DNA of 63,340 bases, counting the filler, from Aduncisulcus paluster (taxonomy: Eukaryota), in the NCBI GenBank assembly GCA_024181965.1. It is 6 parts of 6 records of this genome, joined end to end, with 100 filler letters (N's around TTAATTAATTAA, not from the genome) between each part and the next. Parts side by side here need not be neighbours in the genome. Positions count along the whole stretch, not along the records: positions 56,773 to 60,875 come from BQXS01012671.1; positions 60,976 to 63,340 come from BQXS01012677.1; 4 more parts are not named here. One strand, 5' to 3'. The notes under the pieces were generated by a model. That model did no database searches and had not been told where the DNA came from. It saw nothing but the letters and a program-made list of their open reading frames with translations. The translations under genes were made by a program, and so were the position numbers. Shown here in pieces: positions 57,404 through 63,340 of the stretch. Each line of letters starts with the position of its first letter. The stretch's first letter is position 1.

Positions 57404-59645
57404 CTATTGAGGTATCATCATCATCGACCATGGCATTCTGTTGTACTCGTATTGGCCCCAGGGTACAACAAAAGCAGTAAATTTGATACTGTCTGGATCC
57501 ATTGGCACTTGGTGATAGCCCGACTTTAGATCAATAGTTGCAAAGAAGACCATACCTTCCATTTCAGACAACATGTCGTCAATGCGAGGAAGAGGATAGC
57601 CCATTCCAACTGTTATCTTATTTAGCTCACGATAATCCACACACACTCTTAGTTTGTCATGTGGTTTTGGAACAACGGCAATGGCGCTACAAAATGGTGA
57701 TAAACTCTCTCGAGTTATCCCTTTGTCTTTTTCCTCATCAACTTGGCGCTTAACTTTATCTCTCCATTGGCGCCTGATTCTTCTCGGATGCATAGTCACA
57801 ACTTTAGAGTCTTCAATTAGCTCAATCCGAAAAGGTGGCACGTGAGCAGGCTCGTCTGTAAGATCTGAAAATAGCTCTTCGTTGGCTCTCAAGATGGCTG
57901 TAAATAAGCTCAAATAACAATCCATATCCTTTACTTTAGAGATAGCTGTAGAGAAAAGGGAGAGAGCTTCCTCAGAGGGGTCTTCCATGAGGTTAGCTAC
58001 TGCTTCGAGCACAAATTTAAATTTATCTCCCATGGCGCTGGATATGGTGGTCATTAGTTCAGGTCCTAAGAGACTGGCCCACTCCATTTGCGTTTTTTGT
58101 TTCACTTTGGATCCAATAATTCTTAAGGTTAGCACAGTACTGCTATGGCGACGTTTGGCGGAATCTTCGTTTGCCCCTTCACTCTTTGGATCGGCGTCGG
58201 CAGAGTACAAACAGGGCTTCACGAACGCCTTCACTCTTGATTCCAAGAGCATGGATTTCTTCTCCCAGGCCCACATAAGCACGTCCACGCACGAAATGGT
58301 TACTGGCTTCATCAGCTAGTTCCAACACGTAAGCACTAACTTCCTGAATCCCTTCACCTTGGAGTCTCACACCTTCAGACTCTACACCACCCACAGAGGT
58401 TGCACACATAGTTGACAATGTTCCACTGCCACTCTCGCCATAACGGCGGAGCTCTTCCACGTCACTCGCCACTTTCTCACTAAATAACACGGGTCGAAGA
58501 CCTTTCACCATAAGATCCACAGCACGACGTTGTTGGGACACACTCCACAACGCTTCAGCACGACACGAATCAAGAAGACGAGTAAATTCCACCATATAAG
58601 GACCAACTTCATCTTCCTGAGCATAATCACCAGAACACTCACATTTAATAAGCTGGGCTTCTTCCACGAACTGTCCAAATGCTTTCTTACTAGCATAAGC
58701 ATCGATCATGCCCTGTAAACACTGTTTCACATATTCAGGGTCTTCACAGTCACCACGGTACTTAGTATGCGTCTTAACACTTATAAGACGTAACACGTTC
58801 GACTCAATGAGCGAATTTAAACACGGGAGATCACAATGTATATCAGTCTTCAGCAAATCAAGACACTGATTGCAGAAAGCCAACACGGAAGCTGATTTCA
58901 GTTCTACCAATTTATACACAGCAGCACGACCACGGGGAGCTTGAATATCTTTGGAAGATAACACGAGTAAACGAGAACGTTCACGAGAAGTCACAGGTTC
59001 AGCTCTTAACACGGACAGATCAGCTTCAGATAAAGGTTGACCACCAGACACACCTTTAACAGTCTTTTTATCAACACAAGAAGAGGGTCCACAAGATTTT
59101 CCTTTCACAGATTCGGTTTCACCAGGAAAATCAACAGGATCTTCAGGAGCTTCATCAAAAGTAACAAGCTCTAACAAATCATTCTGTTCATCCTTCTCAG
59201 TACTCTTCACAGTATCAGAGGTCACGTTATCACGGTTCTTTTTGTTGGAAATAACACGTTTCTTTCCAATTTTAATCACAGTGTGGTATACCTTCCTAGG
59301 GGTAATGTGATACAATTTACTTATGGGGAATCTGACCTACCACACCCTCCTCCTTCTAAGGGGGATGTCGCAATAAACTAACTAAATCGTGGTATAACCT
59401 TCTGAGTGGCGAAAGTGAAGGAAAGAGAAGATAAGAAAACCTTCACAAAACCACTAGAGCATTTGGTTTCAACGGAGAGTGATTGGTACTATCTCCATGA
59501 CAATCTAGTGCCTGGCCGGGATCGATGCAATTGCGGTTCTTCAGAGACTGATTGTTGACTAGCCCCTATAGCGCTGTCTCCGGTGGTTCTATGGTTAACC
59601 AATTCTCCTAGGGCATTCTCTGGAGCTGTGGTTGACTCTGCGACA
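57404..59645 (-). mobile_element. Truncated Ty3/Gypsy-like retrotransposon (gag-like ORF + 5' part of RT, candidate LTR)
   Basis: RT motifs SPFCSAIAVVPK..LRVCVDYRELN..YPLPRIDD..FATIDLKSGYHQ..TAFVVPWGQYEYNRMP, ending before YxDD; overlapping upstream ORF 58179..59315; TGTCGCA..TGCGACA-bounded segment 59366-59645. Confidence 0.85.
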
Positions 59646-60875
59646 TCGCCTGCTGTCATTGGATAGCACGCAGACGTTGAAGCTGCGGAGCTGGAGCTGT
59701 CATGAACTCGATGTTCGAGAATAGCGTAATGTTCTGTATCTAAAAACACAAATAAAACCAAAACCAAAAGTATAACTTACGGCAAATTTACTAAGATGAT
59801 TTGAAACTTTCATTATTCACGAGGGAGAGGAGATGACAATTGATTATCGTCACTCAGCGGACACACAAGCCGACCTAATTCCGTGTAACTGTGGCCATTC
59901 GAGTTGTAGGGGCTACACAGCCACAAGAGAGGATATTCAGGCTGTCACTGCCGAATCCCGTGACACAAGGCCCATTAAACGTCGCACGTCTTCCCGTGGA
60001 AGTAAATAAAAACAATTAATGTTCTTCTTTATGATTCGTCTCGACTAGATCGCCATGATCATGTATCGAACCCATATAATATAATTATATTATATGATAA
60101 AATAAAGCATCATATTATAGTTAAATAATATTAATATTTTATTATAAGCCAAAATGGCTCAATAACGAAATGTAAACACCCTCCTAGGAAAATTTCAAAA
60201 AAAAAAAATCACAAAATTATTCTAGCTATAAACCACCAAAAATATTGAAAATATAGCAAGACAGAAATTATGCCATACTAATATAGCCTATAAATCCCAC
60301 TGGTGTAGTAGTGCACGCTAAAAAAAGTCGTTTTTTCAAAATAAAATGTCCTCTACTATCAGGTAGTACCTGATGCGTTTAGGAAGTTTAAATAAAATGA
60401 TATTTATATATTCCCCCATATAGTATATTAGCATTATGAATATAATATTAAAAACATTGAACTCTTAAAAAAGGGTCATTTTTTGTCGCCCGTGATAGAA
60501 TATATATATATCCAATATAACACGTTTTAAATAATATATACGTTAATATTATATTAATTTTATTTTGCATCCAGGTTAAAGGAAAAGTCGACTATTACAA
60601 ATAAATACGTGAAGGAAAAATCAGTTTACGCCTAGCAGAGGGTTAAGGAAATGGATTCGACATGATATACTTTATAATCATCAAGTTATAAGGTGATATG
60701 AATGAACAGCGATATATTTTATACTAGAAATCATGAGTTTGCCAGATTTATTACCTTGCTACCAATTTAATTTACATGTGATGTCTTTGCCTTATGATAT
60801 ATACGTCGCAATTGCTAAGTCAGCCATATCTCCTTCTTGGCTTAATGATCATATTCCCCGTGATATATATACGGT

Positions 60876-60975
60876 NNNNNNNNNNNNNNNNNNNNNNNNN
60901 NNNNNNNNNNNNNNNNNNNTTAATTAATTAANNNNNNNNNNNNNNNNNNNNNNNNNNNNNNNNNNNNNNNNNNNN
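60876..60975. other. Artificial scaffold-join spacer
   Basis: N-TTAATTAATTAA-N, 100 nt. Confidence 0.97.
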
Positions 60976-60977
60976 GA

Positions 60978-61142
60978 GTGACCGAGACCATGGCCACCAT
61001 TGGGTACACGAAGGAAGATGTTCCTAAGCTTGTGAAGGGAACTGAGCACTGTCCAGGCATGGATGGTCTTCTCGCCCTCTCTCCTGTCAAATGCACTCCC
61101 AAAGATCTTGGAGATATCTACATGTCTGGGTTCTTTGACTGA
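60978..61142 (+). CDS. Iron-containing alcohol dehydrogenase, C-terminal 54 aa (not in ORF track)
   Basis: Manual translation VTETMATIGYTKEDVPKLVKGTEHCPGMDGLLALSPVKCTPKDLGDIYMSGFFD* resembles the Fe-ADH C-terminus. Confidence 0.65.
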   Translation: MTETMATIGYTKEDVPKLVKGTEHCPGMDGLLALSPVKCTPKDLGDIYMSGFFD

Positions 61143-61225
61143 GTGTCTTTGTCTTGTCAGTTCTGCAAACCTCACCCATCTGTTTGCACGAATTTAATAT
61201 AAACTCTTTTGAGCTCATTGCGATG

Positions 61226-61245
61226 TTCTCTCTTTCACTCTCTCT

Positions 61246-61275
<30 letters not shown>
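61226..61275. repeat. (CT)n microsatellite
   Basis: Direct read; lies downstream of the ADH stop. Confidence 0.9.
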
Positions 61276-61298
<23 letters not shown>

Positions 61299-62971
61299 TT
61301 CCTTTGTCTCTCCTTCAAACTGTGTGCTTACTATTTTTATCTTATATACTCATGACATTATTCTCTTAGGGGAGCCCACGAAGAGATTTAGAACTTCATG
61401 AATCATAATATCCTTCTTTCACACATTACATATCCTACGAAAACAACTTTAAGGCATTCATTTTATTCTCTCTTTGAGTGTCATCCGATGTCATTTACTA
61501 AATAAACTCATATCTTAGCCTTGGTTCTTGAGAACACAAGAATATAATAAACCGATATCCTGGCATGGAAGACTCTGCATCTGCAATAGAGAAAGTGCGG
61601 TTGCAAGTTCTAAGACATCCTCCGAAGTGGTTCAGAAATGCGTGTTTTGAGTTTTCATCTTTCTTTTGCGTTTTCCTTGCAATACAAGTTGTTGGAGAAC
61701 TTTTCAGGCTTACACATGGTCGTTTTCTATGCTTGATGCTATAAATGCCTTCATATTCCATACAACTTGATTGGAATCTTGTTTTGAACTGGAGATTGTT
61801 CTATCTCTCTCTATTGACACGAAATTCTCCATGTCTCATTGGATTAGTGGACATTTATTTGATCATTGGCAATAATCATGGCAATTTCTTCCATCGATAA
61901 TCCCGTCAATTCCAGTTGTTTTCGTCATGACAACATTTGAAGTGTCCCGAGCTGAATGTGTTGGTATAGCAATGAGTCATGTTTGCACCGAGATTCACTC
62001 TTCTGTTTCCGTGTGATATTGAACTAGATTTGTGATTTAATATTATTTTAGAACCAATTCAATTATCCAAGTTTTTTTTTGTCATGTGAAATCATGGATC
62101 TATATATGGATGGATAGATATTATCATTATCCTCTCAGTGCCGTTTGATGCAGTCATATGCATTTTATATCATTTTATTTGGTCTATTTTTTTATCGAAG
62201 ATCGTTTCTCCGNNNNNNNNNNNNNNNNNNNNGGTCGTTTTCTATGCTTGATGCTATAAATGCCTTCATATTCCATACAACTTGATTGGAATCTTGTTTT
62301 GAACTGGAGATTGTTCTATCTCTCTCTATTTACACGAAATTCTCCATGTCTCATTGGATTAGTGGACATTTATTTGATCATTGGCAATAATCATGGCAAT
62401 TTCTTCCATCGATAATCCCGTCAATTCCAGTTGTTTTCGTCATGACAACATTTGAAGTGTCCCGAGCTGAATGTGTTGGTATAGCAATGAGTCATGTTTG
62501 CACCGAGATTCGCTCTTCTGTTTCCGTGTGATATTGAACCAGATTTGTGATTTAATATTATTTTAGAACCAATTCAATTATCCAAGTTTTTTTTTTGTCA
62601 TGTGAAATCATGGATCTATATATGGATGGATAGATATTATCATTATCCTCTCAGTGCCGTTTGATGCAGTCACATGCATTTTATATCATTTTATTTGGTC
62701 TATTTTTTTATCGAAGATCGTTTCTCCGTGAAGATCCTTTCTCTTGCTTGTCAACGAATAAATTTCATCCTGTATCATTACAAAATATGTATTGCCAGTT
62801 TCCTTTTGTTTTGGAAGAGAAAATTAACTGTATGCCCACTATTTCCAAAATAATCACACCAAAATTATTGTAGGTATAAATAGATGTCACGACACAAAAT
62901 TGAAACATCATGATTTGTTTACGATCCATTTCCGATCAATACCATTATTCTCACATTATCAATCCTTATCA

Positions 62972-63340
62972 ATGAAAGCCGTTGTAGCCAAGTCATTTGC
63001 TGAAGATTTCAAATTTTCTGTCGATCCCGATTTCCCAAAACCCGTTTTATCTGAAGACGATTTCGACGGCCATGGCATGATTGTCAAAGTATGTGCCGGT
63101 GGAATTAACCCCGTTGATTACAAAATTGCCCAAGGTCATCTCGGTAAGATGCCCCTTCCTTACATCCCTGGATGTGACCTTGCAGGAATTGTTGAGGATC
63201 CTGGCAAGTCTTCTTTCGCTAAAGGTGACCGAATTTGTGCACACATTAACATCAACGAGCAATATGGAGGCTTATGTGAATTCACAAAGATGGATTCCCG
63301 TTCTGCTGCGATTATACCGGCTTCTGTTTCCTTTGAAGAG
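62972..63340 (+). CDS. MDR-family NADPH quinone oxidoreductase-like protein, N-terminus (3' truncated; not in ORF track)
   Basis: Manual translation MKAVV..PKP..VKVCAGGINPVDYKIAQG..LPYIPGCDLAGIV..FAKGDRI..GGLCEF..IPASVSFEE. Confidence 0.9.
   Translation, partial: MKAVVAKSFAEDFKFSVDPDFPKPVLSEDDFDGHGMIVKVCAGGINPVDYKIAQGHLGKMPLPYIPGCDLAGIVEDPGKSSFAKGDRICAHININEQYGGLCEFTKMDSRSAAIIPASVSFEE

Noticed and set aside
60358..60374. Perfect palindrome ATCAGGTA-G-TACCTGAT
   Set aside because: Isolated short palindrome with no supporting context.
9071..60975. Five identical TTAATTAATTAA palindromes within N runs
   Set aside because: Artificial contig-joining linkers with six-frame stops; not biological.

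Overview
Eukaryotic, gene-dense, intron-poor protist DNA. The window is six unlinked scaffold pieces joined by artificial 100-nt N-TTAATTAATTAA-N spacers, so synteny across spacers is meaningless. Several ~20-N gaps are flanked by duplicated sequence, which are assembly artefacts. The lineage-specific repeat proteins and kinase style suggest a free-living fornicate/metamonad such as Aduncisulcus (from recall, not searched). Recognisable genes: DHHC palmitoyltransferase (3' end), kinesin, SMC4 (1 intron), BUD23 (2 introns), a TYW1 pseudogene, GDPD, a frame-split PA28/PSME3, YIF1, formin, three divergent kinases (one fused to ~14 TM helices), an APC4-like protein, a PssA-type CDP-alcohol phosphotransferase, a kexin-like convertase, an Fe-ADH 3' end, an MDR oxidoreductase 5' end, and a decayed Ty3/Gypsy-like element abutting a CACTA/Plavaka-like transposase remnant. 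Best leads: (1) an unannotated ~205-nt nested-helix RNA candidate ending in T6 at 31449-31659; (2) an orphan paralog pair flanking BUD23; (3) a giant repeat protein with nucleotide-identical blocks interleaved with variable ones; (4) a multi-TM pseudokinase; (5) the PA28 frame break.
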